Shown: positions 9,309 through 18,867, counted from the stretch's first letter. The stretch: DNA of 64,000 nucleotides from Alphaproteobacteria bacterium (GCA_050175015.1 JBFXJJ010000001.1:160001-224000), one strand, 5' to 3'. Notes: a model not told the origin generated them from the sequence alone. Program-made: numbers and translations.

Positions 9309-9353
9309 TGTAATATCCGTAAAAATATTACGACATTCATAAAACTAATGCAA
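9309..9353 (-). promoter_or_regulatory. ModE-box-like inverted repeat overlapping a minus-strand sigma70 promoter
   Basis: GTAATAT-N8-ATATTAC (9310-9331); minus strand reads TTGCAT-17 bp-TAATAT. Confidence 0.55.
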
Positions 9354-9434
9354 GCCAATTACGCCTCATATTGCAGGCTAGAAAAAATATTCCTGAGAAC
9401 TTTAGGGCAGAATTTATGGTTGTAAGCTTTTTTA

Positions 9435-9625
9435 TTTTTGCCTAACGGCAAATGCAAAAATAAACGTTTTTAGGATTATTAAGGATTTTTTTAAAAAATC
9501 CTTAATATGCGAAGCAATTTTAAATAATTAAATTACGGACATTATTTTAATCATACTGCTTTTATTTTGCCTTACGGCAAAGCCTAGCTGGCAGCTTTGC
9601 TTTTAACAAAAGCAAAAGTAAAAAA
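9435..9625 (-). repeat. Dispersed modular repeat (copy 2; modules B'-C-B-A on + strand)
   Basis: TTTGCCTAACGGCAAA near 9437; C hairpin 9468-9518; TTTTGCCTTACGGCAAA at 9565; TTTGCTTTT-AAC-AAAAGCAAA near 9596. Confidence 0.8.
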
Positions 9626-9662
9626 TTTTTAAACTTTCTGCCTTTAGCTACAACGCCAAAAG

Positions 9663-11606
9663 CTACATTTCAAGACCTTTAATTTTATTAGCTACCGCAT
9701 AGTTAACTTGTGGTCTTGCCGCTTTTTGTTTGCCTAAAAATGATGACAGCCCTTCGTCCACAACCTGTTTTAAAACCTCTAAATCCTGAGGTCTGCCCAA
9801 ACCGTGTCCCGCGTCTTTGATTGTTTTCATTTCAACTGGAGTCGATGTTTTAAGCTTTTTAGTAAAACTTTTTGCTTCTTCAAAAGCTACAACATTATCC
9901 TTAACACCTTGAATCAAAACCACTTTAGACTTAATTTCTGGGCTATTAGAACGCAAAAGCATATTCTTTTCGCCATCAACGACTACCGCCCGAGTTAATT
10001 CTTCGCCTTCTGTGGGGCTAAAATCAGAATAAACTTTAGTCATACCTTTTTTATAAAGTTCATTTTTTTGCTCAGGGCTTAATTCTTGCTGCATTCTTTC
10101 CGTATAATCAGGAGCTGCCGCTAAACCCACGACCTCAGAAACACGATCTGGCATTTTGGCTGCCACATTAAGAGCAATCCAACCACCCATACTAGCACCA
10201 ATAACCATTTGCTGCCCTTTAGTATGTTCTTCAATAAGCTCTTGAGCAGCACTCGTCCATCTTGAAATTGTGCAGTCTTTATATTCTGGAGGAATTGAAC
10301 GCTTATGACCTGGCAAATCCATACTTAAAAAAGAAAGACCTTCTTTTTTACAATATTCTTCTATAAATTCAGGTTTAGAACCGTCCATACTGCCGTGCGT
10401 GCCGTGAATAAATACAATTCCAGGTTCTTTGCCTTCAACTTTTTTAAAATAAACTTTATCGCCGCTTTTAGTAATATGAGACTGAACTTCTTTGCTGTCA
10501 GTACGATGGCAGTATTCTTGGTTTAAGACATTAATAACCTGATTATAATGATCAAACTTACCTTCATTTCCTTTGTGGATTTTAGTTTTTAATTTTGTTA
10601 TTTCTCCAGCTAATACCGTTATTTCATCGGTTGAAAGATCTTTGACCGCATTGCTATAATCGGCATTACGCTTAGTCGCTGCGGCTGATTCCGCAATTTT
10701 TACCTTACCAGAATTAATATTGTCGTTATTTTGGTCTGATGTAACTAAATTTTTAGGATTATCAAAAAATACGACATTAGAGGCTGGTGCTGCAATCATA
10801 ACTTCACGGCTTTCGCCCTCTTTCATACCACTAATCTGCAAATCAAGATGAGCGTGTATCATATCGTGATAAAGGTTATCTCTGATTAAAACAAAGTTAC
10901 CCGCATCATTGGTACCACCGCCGTGAATTGGTTTTTTGTGATGAACATTATAACCGCTAGGACAAATTCCTTCTTCTGCCATTGCTGCTACTTGATCTGG
11001 CAATAAACCAGCCGCTTCCAAAGCCTGACTGTAATCACTGCCGAGTTTTTTTAAAAAATTACTGCGGGCTCCAACTAATAAAACATCTCCCAGCTTGTCC
11101 TTAGCCACTCCAAATTCATTAGGAACAGGACTGTTAAAAGCATCTCTAGTGCTAAGGCGGTATTCCTTGCTTTGAACGGTATAAGTATCTTTGTGAAAAG
11201 TCATACCGACATTGTTAAAATCTTTTTCGGTTAAACTCTTGCCCCTGTCTTCCACCATACTAACGAAAACTGCACTTTCAGATTCGCTCGGAAGCGTTCC
11301 AAAAGAAAGAAAATGTTCAGCTTTAAAGGCATTTAATTTGGTTTCTAGTTCTTTTCTTTTTTGCAGGTCTGCTTTAGCTTGTTCTTGTTGTAATTTTTCA
11401 GCTAAAGCCTGCTTTTTGCGAACTTCGCTTTCTATCTTCAGTTGATTTTTAACTTCATCAGAAAAATCTTGAAATCTTGGAGCTTTGCCCTCGGCAAATT
11501 CATAACTATCGCCAGTTTTAACTAGTACATCGCTGTATTGTTTTAAAAAGATCTGTTGAACTTCTGAACTGAACTTCGCAAAACTAACACTGTTTTCTTT
11601 TGCCAT
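9663..11606 (-). CDS. HNH endonuclease domain fused to a C-terminal alpha/beta hydrolase (putative effector/toxin)
   Basis: YNVHHKKPIHGGGTNDAGNFVLIRDNLYH HNH motif; FIHG, GASMGGW nucleophile elbow, QGVKD, AGH. Confidence 0.8.
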   Translation of the reverse strand: MAKENSVSFAKFSSEVQQIFLKQYSDVLVKTGDSYEFAEGKAPRFQDFSDEVKNQLKIESEVRKKQALAEKLQQEQAKADLQKRKELETKLNAFKAEHFLSFGTLPSESESAVFVSMVEDRGKSLTEKDFNNVGMTFHKDTYTVQSKEYRLSTRDAFNSPVPNEFGVAKDKLGDVLLVGARSNFLKKLGSDYSQALEAAGLLPDQVAAMAEEGICPSGYNVHHKKPIHGGGTNDAGNFVLIRDNLYHDMIHAHLDLQISGMKEGESREVMIAAPASNVVFFDNPKNLVTSDQNNDNINSGKVKIAESAAATKRNADYSNAVKDLSTDEITVLAGEITKLKTKIHKGNEGKFDHYNQVINVLNQEYCHRTDSKEVQSHITKSGDKVYFKKVEGKEPGIVFIHGTHGSMDGSKPEFIEEYCKKEGLSFLSMDLPGHKRSIPPEYKDCTISRWTSAAQELIEEHTKGQQMVIGASMGGWIALNVAAKMPDRVSEVVGLAAAPDYTERMQQELSPEQKNELYKKGMTKVYSDFSPTEGEELTRAVVVDGEKNMLLRSNSPEIKSKVVLIQGVKDNVVAFEEAKSFTKKLKTSTPVEMKTIKDAGHGLGRPQDLEVLKQVVDEGLSSFLGKQKAARPQVNYAVANKIKGLEM

Positions 11607-11622
11607 TTTTTTAAACCATATA

Positions 11623-12042
11623 TTATTTCATTATACTTAAAACAAGTTCTTCTATTGATGCAAAGTCTTGTAAAGCTTCGCAATCCACCGTATCTATTAC
11701 CTGATATTTTCTCGTTGTGTAATCATAGGCAAAGAGGTCATTATCCATTTTGCCGACCACAAGTTTTCCTATCAGTTTGGGATATTTTTCATCATAATTC
11801 TGATTAGCAGAAACAATGTTCGGTGCAGTATATTCTTCAGCATTGATATTGGCTGTACCAAAAATCTCCATACCGTTCCAAAGAAAGCCATCTGCCATCT
11901 TTAAAAATTTTATATAATCATCTGGAAGCAACGGAAAATCATTGTTAAACAAATTTTCCATACAAGTTTCTAACTCGTCATCTAAAGCCTTGCTGGCGAC
12001 GATGGCTCCTGTCTGATTTTTTATTTTAGCCAATATATCCAA
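11623..12042 (-). CDS. SUKH/SMI1-KNR4 (YrhA-like) immunity-type protein
   Basis: LPDDYIKFLKMADGFLWNGMEIFG, VVG, FAYD, FASIEEL; TTG start with GGTGA RBS; 16 bp upstream of the HNH gene. Confidence 0.75.
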   Translation of the reverse strand: MDILAKIKNQTGAIVASKALDDELETCMENLFNNDFPLLPDDYIKFLKMADGFLWNGMEIFGTANINAEEYTAPNIVSANQNYDEKYPKLIGKLVVGKMDNDLFAYDYTTRKYQVIDTVDCEALQDFASIEELVLSIMK

Positions 12043-12133
12043 AAATCACCTAAAAAATTTAACAAAAAAACTATTTTAAAATTTAACATAACTTGTATAT
12101 TTAAGCAATTATTTAATTTTTAGGATTAGCGAT

Positions 12134-12448
12134 ATGGATTTTTTTCAAACCTACAAGGAAGTGTCTGATTTTATTAGTAAAAATAAAATTGTTTTGTTCG
12201 CTGGCGGGGAGGAAGGACACTTTAACTGCCGACAGTCAGAAGACCTTTTTGAAGCATTTAAAAGAAATAACGTCAAATTTGCCTGTTTTAACGTTATAGA
12301 GAGACCCCTTGTTATTGACTGTCTTAAAAAATATACCAAGCTGGTTACAATCCCTTTAGTATTCATAAACGGCAAGGCTTTTGGCGGTTATGATGATGTA
12401 CGCGGCAGCCTTTTTTCTGGTGAGTTTTTTGATATTATAAATCTATAA
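12134..12448 (+). CDS. Monothiol glutaredoxin (Grx4/GrxD)-like protein, divergent active site
   Basis: IVLF, CRQS in the CGFS position, TIPLVFING..FGGYD. Confidence 0.7.
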   Translation: MDFFQTYKEVSDFISKNKIVLFAGGEEGHFNCRQSEDLFEAFKRNNVKFACFNVIERPLVIDCLKKYTKLVTIPLVFINGKAFGGYDDVRGSLFSGEFFDIINL

Positions 12449-12989
12449 TTTAAGCTCTCTTTGCTGTGATATTTTGTCGAGTCCATAGCAGTTTAAACCA
12501 CCTTAGCTTTCTTTCTTATAATAAGATATTTCATTTATATAATAAATTATCTTAAAAAAACCTCGTTTCAAACCGTTTGTTTTGTCAAAAACTAAGGACA
12601 AAATAAAGTGAAATTTAAAATTAAATCTTCTTTTTTGCTGAATATCGACTAGATTTTTGGTGGTTTTTTATTAAAGTAAAAACTTTTTTATTCCTAAATC
12701 TTAATAAACTAAGATGGAAGTAATAAATAAATATAAACCTTACTAGACTATAAGTATTAGTTTGTTTATTAATTAGAGAGAAAAACTAATAATCAATGAT
12801 TAACATTAAAATATTATTATCAAAAATAACAATATTTTAATAAGCTTTTATCTACAGACTCTATTTTGAATCTATAAACCAGCTCAATCCTTTGAAAAAC
12901 CTATACTTTTGTGAAATACAAAATCCTTGACGATTCACTTTTTTGATTCCATAATAATAATGGATAATTGTAGAAAGAGTTGTAATCAA

Positions 12990-13403
12990 ATGACGACAGA
13001 TGTAAACAAAGTAATATCTCAAGAAATTGCGGCTATAACGGCACGCAGCGCTTTGTCTCGTCCTGTTGCGACTCAGAACAGCAAAGAAATTGAACAGCTG
13101 CAACAAACCACGGCTTCCGGCCCTTCGGTGGATAACAAACAACCCGAAGATTTTTATAATGCTAAAGATCAGGGGCGTGGTCAAAAAAACAATCAGGAAG
13201 AAAGAAAAGGATCTTTCCCTAAAACTCTAACTACCAATAACGTAGCTGAAGCTGTTGAAGCTGTTGGAGGATTTGATTTAAATCTCGATGATAAAATACC
13301 TTTGTTTGACGCTATAAGAAGCGTTGCTAAATATGATATGAACATTGAGACCATTGAGAGAGACGGTGAAGACGTTAAGCCTTTAAATAGATTTCTTTCT
13401 TAA
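12990..13403 (+). CDS. Hypothetical protein
   Basis: Open ORF with higher GC than its flanks; start chosen at MTTDVNK. Confidence 0.55.
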   Translation: MTTDVNKVISQEIAAITARSALSRPVATQNSKEIEQLQQTTASGPSVDNKQPEDFYNAKDQGRGQKNNQEERKGSFPKTLTTNNVAEAVEAVGGFDLNLDDKIPLFDAIRSVAKYDMNIETIERDGEDVKPLNRFLS

Positions 13404-13483
13404 ATAAAATATTGCACCTGTTTTTTAAGGGTGTTGAACGTTAAGAACATTAGAGCCAAAAAAACAAAAAATAAGAGGCACAT

Positions 13484-13837
13484 ATGGATATTAACTCAAA
13501 TTTAAGCTCTTCATTATATTCAGCTCTTGCTGGTATGTCTGCTGCAGTTAGTACTGTCAATAAGTCCGCTGAAAATATTCTTGATGCAACAACTCTCAAT
13601 AGTTTTGAAGAACCTGCGGAAAACAATTATTCCCAAAACTCTAGCTTCACCCCTAATTATGTCTCTTATGCAAATGTTGTCAGCAATCTGCAAACTAATG
13701 CTGCCGAAGCTGATTCTATGGATCTTGCCCAAGAAATTGGTCATATGAAGCTAGCAGAAACAACTTATAAAGCAAATATTCAAACTATAAAAACCGTTAA
13801 TGAAATGTCGCAAAAGCTTTTAGACACGTTTTCTTAA
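13484..13837 (+). CDS. Small flagellar basal-body rod/hook C-terminal domain protein
   Basis: SALAGMSAA..SAENI N-terminus; MDLAQEI..MKLAETTYKANIQTIKTVNEM..LLD C-terminus; GAGG RBS. Confidence 0.75.
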   Translation: MDINSNLSSSLYSALAGMSAAVSTVNKSAENILDATTLNSFEEPAENNYSQNSSFTPNYVSYANVVSNLQTNAAEADSMDLAQEIGHMKLAETTYKANIQTIKTVNEMSQKLLDTFS

Positions 13838-14704
13838 TAGTTTACGGTATTTATAATTTTTCACGTATTCGCTAAGCCCTATACTTCCAATAACAATTAC
13901 AGCTCCTATCACTTTATAAAACAAGATAGGCTCGTTCATTATTATAAGTCCGCCAATAAAACTTGAGACCGGTGTCAAGAAACTGAAAAAGACAATATTG
14001 TTAATATTATTTTTGGACAGTAATTTATACCAAAGCGTGTTAGCTATAATATTGGAACCGATAGTAGAATAAAGCACTGATGCCCAGCCTTTCCAGTTAG
14101 ACGCAGCCATAATAGATATGGGATTGCCTTCTCCTGATAAATAAGAAAATAAGAACATTAAAGGCCAAGAATAAAAACCTATATAAAAGCCAATTTGAAG
14201 AGCGCTAACGTCTTTTAATTTTTTGATAACAATGTTAGCACAAGCCCAAGCAAACGCTGATAAAACGGCAGCAATAAAATATACTGGGTTCCCTATCCCA
14301 GAAGCACCGCCAGCTAAAATATAAACGCCGATAAATGCCCCAAAAGTTCCTAGAATTGTTGCCAAACTAGGCTGTTCTTTTAACAAAAATGTTGCTAACA
14401 ATGCGCTGAATGGAACACCTAATTGAATCAAGGTTGCTCCCGTACCAGAATCTATGCCCAAAAGACTGAAATTTAAAAGTCCAAAATGACCTATTCCCAG
14501 CAAAAGAGATATTGTTATAAGATGCTTACGCATAGCTTTGGGAGGCTTTGGTATAAATGGAAATAAAAAAACCGTAATTAATAAAAGTCTCATTGCGGTA
14601 ATTAAAAAAGGGGGGATTTGACCTAAGCCAAACCTAACAAATACGGCGTTTAATCCCCATAAAATTACCGTAATAAAAACTAATAAATAATCTTTTAAAG
14701 CCAT
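13820..14704 (-). CDS. EamA/DMT family transporter
   Basis: About 10 hydrophobic helices; LWGLN, PPFLITAMRL, LIQLGVPF. Confidence 0.88.
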   Translation of the reverse strand: MALKDYLLVFITVILWGLNAVFVRFGLGQIPPFLITAMRLLLITVFLFPFIPKPPKAMRKHLITISLLLGIGHFGLLNFSLLGIDSGTGATLIQLGVPFSALLATFLLKEQPSLATILGTFGAFIGVYILAGGASGIGNPVYFIAAVLSAFAWACANIVIKKLKDVSALQIGFYIGFYSWPLMFLFSYLSGEGNPISIMAASNWKGWASVLYSTIGSNIIANTLWYKLLSKNNINNIVFFSFLTPVSSFIGGLIIMNEPILFYKVIGAVIVIGSIGLSEYVKNYKYRKLLRKRV

Positions 14705-14705
14705 C

Positions 14706-15497
14706 TTAGTGATACATTATAGCTACAATCTCTAGTATAATTAGAATAATTACGTACCACTCTAACTTAGCACTATGATTATGTTGATCCAAATTTAATA
14801 AGGTCTCAATCGTCTTTGATGCTAAATCAAGTTTATGATTAAGAACATTATTTCTATTCTTTATTTCATATTCTTCGCTAAGTCTACTATAAAGTCTTTC
14901 TAAATCGGGCATATCCCAAAGAACATCTGGTTTTTCATCAACTTCAATACGACCGCCAGTTTTAACCAGTGTTAATAAAATTTCACCAATAAGCTTGGTT
15001 AAGGTTTTTTCGTGAGCTCCGCACTTGCCTTCGTTTTTTAGATGTTCGGCAAGAGGTTCAAGTTTATCAAAAAGGCTGCTAATATAACCTTCATAATAGT
15101 CTAAGATAAGAGCATCACTTAAAACTTCCGCAATAACCTGCATTCTTTCGACGGTCATTTCTTTAATATTAATAATGCCAGTATTAGTTATGTGGTCATC
15201 TGTTGCAGAATCAACAATAATGTTATTAAATTCCTCAAAAACTGTTGGCAACTGCTGAGAAACAAGAGGAACCAAAGATTCTAAAAAGGCATCTTCTTCT
15301 TTCTCGCTTAGATTAAACATAACCACCGCTCCAAAACGAAATAAAACGGCATATCCTTCTATCCCTGCTCTAATTACAAGCGGGGCTAATGCCACAGGAG
15401 GCGGTGTTTTTTCCAACAATTTAGTGTTGATTCTTTCACCTACTAAGCAGGCTCTAACATTAATTTGTTCTTCTTCATTCGAATTAACAGTTTCCAT
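14706..15497 (-). CDS. RMD1/DUF155 family protein
   Basis: LFRFGAVVMFN, EKPDVLWD.PDLERLY.RL..EYEI, LEWYVIILI. Confidence 0.85.
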   Translation of the reverse strand: METVNSNEEEQINVRACLVGERINTKLLEKTPPPVALAPLVIRAGIEGYAVLFRFGAVVMFNLSEKEEDAFLESLVPLVSQQLPTVFEEFNNIIVDSATDDHITNTGIINIKEMTVERMQVIAEVLSDALILDYYEGYISSLFDKLEPLAEHLKNEGKCGAHEKTLTKLIGEILLTLVKTGGRIEVDEKPDVLWDMPDLERLYSRLSEEYEIKNRNNVLNHKLDLASKTIETLLNLDQHNHSAKLEWYVIILIILEIVAIMYH

Positions 15498-15517
15498 AGT
15501 TTCGCTTCTTTTAAAAA

Positions 15518-16303
15518 TTACATAAGATCAACAATAATCGCCAACATAATCAAAATGATAACATACCAATCAAGCATAGATATGTGGCGGTGCTGACTAA
15601 GGCTAACAAAGGAGTTTACAGCATCAGAGGCAATATCAAGTTTGCGCTGCAAGGCAAAATTTCTTTCTCTAACCTCATATTCATCAGAAATCTTGGCATA
15701 AAGTCTTTCAAGATCCGGAAAATCCCAAAGAACATCTGGTTTTTCTAAAAGCTCTGCCCTTCCTACGGTTTTAGTCATAGAAAGAATTATTTCTCCAGTC
15801 TGACGATTAAGATTTTTTAAATTGGTACCGCTTTTGCCCTTGCTTCTTAAATTCTCAGCTAAAGGTTCTACGTTTTCAAAAACCGCAGACACTTTATTTT
15901 CGTAATAATTTAAGATAACACTTTTAGCCAATACTTCTGCACACAACTGAAATCTTTCAATCGTTTTTTCTTTAAAACAAATTGTGCCTGAATGCTCAAC
16001 GTTATCTTCACCTTTATCTAAAAGGATAACATTAGTTTCTTCACTGTCATTATCACAAACTTTAGAGATATAAGGAGAAATTTTATCCGTAATTGCTGCA
16101 ATTTCTGCATCATCTGAGCCAAAAAATACCACTACCCCATAACGAAAAATAATTACTATGTTATCATTTTCAGTTTTAAACGTGAAAGGCGCTGTAGAAA
16201 CGGGGGTAAATAAAGGTCTAAGATTTTTAATATCTATCCTCTCGCCAAAAAGCTTTGCTTTAAGGCTAATTTCCGCAGACTTTATACTGCCATCGGAAGA
16301 CAT
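15518..16303 (-). CDS. RMD1/DUF155 family protein (tandem paralog)
   Basis: IFRYGVVVFF, LAKSVIL.YYE, EKPDVLWDFPDLERLY, LDWYVIILI. Confidence 0.85.
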   Translation of the reverse strand: MSSDGSIKSAEISLKAKLFGERIDIKNLRPLFTPVSTAPFTFKTENDNIVIIFRYGVVVFFGSDDAEIAAITDKISPYISKVCDNDSEETNVILLDKGEDNVEHSGTICFKEKTIERFQLCAEVLAKSVILNYYENKVSAVFENVEPLAENLRSKGKSGTNLKNLNRQTGEIILSMTKTVGRAELLEKPDVLWDFPDLERLYAKISDEYEVRERNFALQRKLDIASDAVNSFVSLSQHRHISMLDWYVIILIMLAIIVDLM

Positions 16304-16417
16304 GTTGAACTCCAGAATTTTCGTTCGATTTGTATTTTATGATATTTAGCATATTAAACAAAGAAAAACAATTAAATGTTCTTAAAATAAACTATGCTTC
16401 AAAATATTATAATAAAA

Positions 16418-17275
16418 TCAACCAATTATGCTGATAACTTGCTCGGCGACATTCTCAAAAATTTTAGCGGTTTCGGTTTTACCATAGTTATAAACGAATG
16501 CTTTGCCATCGTCACAAGCCTTACCAATATTAGGTTCAACAGGAATTTTAGCAAATAATGGTAAATTAAATTTAGCCGCCGTTTTTTCTCCACCGCCAGA
16601 TTTAAAAATTTCGGTAATTTCTCCACAGTGCGGGCAAACAAAACCACTCATATTTTCAACCACACCTAAAACCTTAAGTCCTAATTTTAAGCAGAAGTTA
16701 ATAGATTTCCGAACGTCTGCTCCCGCAACCTCTTGAGGAGTCGTGACAATAACTACACCATCAATATCTTTAATCTGCTCACAAATACCAAGAGCTTCAT
16801 CACCTGTTCCTGGAGGACAGTCAATTACCAAACAATCTAAATCTCCCCAAGAAACATCATTTACAAATTGCTTAATAACAGTATTTTTTATAGGGCCGCG
16901 CCAAATAATCGCGTCATCTTGGTCTTCAAGCAAAAAACCAACCGAAGCAACTTTTAATGAACCAACGCTAGCAGGAAGTATGCTAACACCATCAGATTCA
17001 AAACGAGCTTTTTCTAGACCAAGCATTGTTGGAACACTTGGACCGTGAATATCAACATCTAAGATTCCTACTTTTTGACCTTTAAGCATTAAAGATGTAG
17101 CTAAGTTAACCGCAACGGTACTTTTGCCGACACCACCTTTGCCAGAAAGAACAACAATCTTATGTTTAATATTATTGTTAGCTAAAGGAGCTCTGCTAGC
17201 ACAGTTTGCTGAACAGCTTTTGCAGTCGTGGCTACAGCTGTCTTGTTCCATATTTGCTTCAAAATCTGATGTCAT
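16418..17275 (-). CDS. Mrp/NBP35 (ApbC) Fe-S cluster carrier ATPase
   Basis: N-terminal Cys cluster, SGKGGVGKST, DVDIHGPS, WRGP, DCPPGTGD, ENMSGFVCPHC. Confidence 0.92.
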   Translation of the reverse strand: MTSDFEANMEQDSCSHDCKSCSANCASRAPLANNNIKHKIVVLSGKGGVGKSTVAVNLATSLMLKGQKVGILDVDIHGPSVPTMLGLEKARFESDGVSILPASVGSLKVASVGFLLEDQDDAIIWRGPIKNTVIKQFVNDVSWGDLDCLVIDCPPGTGDEALGICEQIKDIDGVVIVTTPQEVAGADVRKSINFCLKLGLKVLGVVENMSGFVCPHCGEITEIFKSGGGEKTAAKFNLPLFAKIPVEPNIGKACDDGKAFVYNYGKTETAKIFENVAEQVISIIG

Positions 17276-17367
17276 TTTTATTTCCAATCCTAACGTTATA
17301 ATTAATTATTTGCCTCAAGATACTCTTTTGATTTCTAAAATTAAAGTATCTTTTTGCTTTTTCTTCT

Positions 17368-17997
17368 CTACTCTTTTGCTTCAAAATCACAAAGGTCTTT
17401 TATAATACAGCTTTTACATTCGGGCTTTTTAGCTTTGCAGACATATCTTCCGTGTAATATAAGCCAATGATGAGCATTAAATTTATATTCTTTAGGAATA
17501 TTTTTTTCTAAACCAAGCTCAATATCCAAAGGAGTTTTACCACTAGCCAAGCCTATACGGTTTGAGACTCTAAAAACGTGAGTATCTACAGCAATCGTTG
17601 GTTTTTTGAATGCGGTATTAAGAACGACATTAGCGGTTTTGCGTCCAACCCCAGCTAATTTTTCAAGCTCTTCTCTAGTCTCTGGAACTCTTCCTTGATG
17701 CTCGGTTATCAATGTCTGGCTTAAAGCTATAATGCTTTTTGCTTTGTTATTGTATAAGCCTATAGTTTTTATGTGCTCTAGAAGTTTTTCTAAACCCAAA
17801 TCAAGCATTTTTTGAGGAGTATCGGCAATTTCAAATAACTGCGGCGTAACTTTATTAACACCTTTATCGGTAGTTTGAGCTGATAAAACCACAGCTACTA
17901 ACATTGTATAAGCATTAGTATAAAAGAGTTCTGTTTTAGGCTCTGGGTTTTGTTTTTTTAAGCGCTCAAAAATCTCTTTTATTTTAGTTTCATTCAT
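17368..17997 (-). CDS. nth: Endonuclease III
   Basis: LSAQTTD, GVGRKTANV, AVDTHV, C-x6-C-x2-C-x5-C. Confidence 0.96.
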   Translation of the reverse strand: MNETKIKEIFERLKKQNPEPKTELFYTNAYTMLVAVVLSAQTTDKGVNKVTPQLFEIADTPQKMLDLGLEKLLEHIKTIGLYNNKAKSIIALSQTLITEHQGRVPETREELEKLAGVGRKTANVVLNTAFKKPTIAVDTHVFRVSNRIGLASGKTPLDIELGLEKNIPKEYKFNAHHWLILHGRYVCKAKKPECKSCIIKDLCDFEAKE

Positions 17998-18794
17998 ATT
18001 TCTCTAATTCCTAAAACATCTGACATATCATATAAGCCATTACTTTGACCTTTAAGCCATTTTGCAGCTCTGATTGCACCTTTAGCGAAAATAACCCTCG
18101 AAGTTGCCTTATGTGATAATATTACTCGTTCGCCAAGTCCTGCAAAAATAACATCGTGTTCGCCAACAACATCACCGCCACGCATAGAGGCAAAGCCAAT
18201 GCTGCCTTTTTTTCTTACACCGTTACGGTCATAATTTGTTGTAACGTCAGTTAGCACACTTCCCAGCCCTGAAGCCGCAGCTTCTCCTAAACTCAATGCT
18301 GTACCAGATGGAGCATCTTTTTTCTGGTTGTGATGCATTTCTAAAATCTCAATATCAAAATCATCTCCTAAAAGATGAGCTGTTTTCTTAACTAACGCTT
18401 GCAATAAATTAATACCAAGACTCATATTGGCCGCCTTTAAGATTGGCGTCTTATCACTATATTCCTTAATTTCAGCTATTTGCTCTTCATTTAAACCCGT
18501 TGTTCCTATTACCAATGCCGTCTTTGTTTCGGAGGCGATACGAGCATACTCAACACTAGCTGAAGCCTCGGTAAAATCTATAACAACATCTGATATTTCA
18601 AAGAGTTCTAGTGGGCTTTTAGCTATTTTTATTTCTTTATTTTTACCAATAATAAAGTCTAAAATTCCGCTTCCGATATAACCAGAGTTATCTTTCTCTA
18701 GACCTCCCGTAACTTCTATATCTTTATCTGCAACTAAGAGTTTTAAAAGTTCTAGGCCCATTTTGCCACGACAACCTGTTATGCCTATTTTCAT
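17994..18794 (-). CDS. dapB: 4-hydroxy-tetrahydrodipicolinate reductase
   Basis: G.RGKMG, IGTTG, EMHHNQKKDAPSGTA, RGGDVVGEH. Confidence 0.96.
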   Translation of the reverse strand: MKIGITGCRGKMGLELLKLLVADKDIEVTGGLEKDNSGYIGSGILDFIIGKNKEIKIAKSPLELFEISDVVIDFTEASASVEYARIASETKTALVIGTTGLNEEQIAEIKEYSDKTPILKAANMSLGINLLQALVKKTAHLLGDDFDIEILEMHHNQKKDAPSGTALSLGEAAASGLGSVLTDVTTNYDRNGVRKKGSIGFASMRGGDVVGEHDVIFAGLGERVILSHKATSRVIFAKGAIRAAKWLKGQSNGLYDMSDVLGIREI

Positions 18795-18867
18795 ATCTAT
18801 TCCTGCTAAATTGATGTTTAGATTATAACTTAAATTATAACCTAATGTGGGGTTGAACTATAAACCT

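Noticed and set aside
12861-13184. Minus-strand 107-aa ORF
   Set aside because: Overlaps the more plausible plus-strand ORF that is co-directional with the downstream gene.
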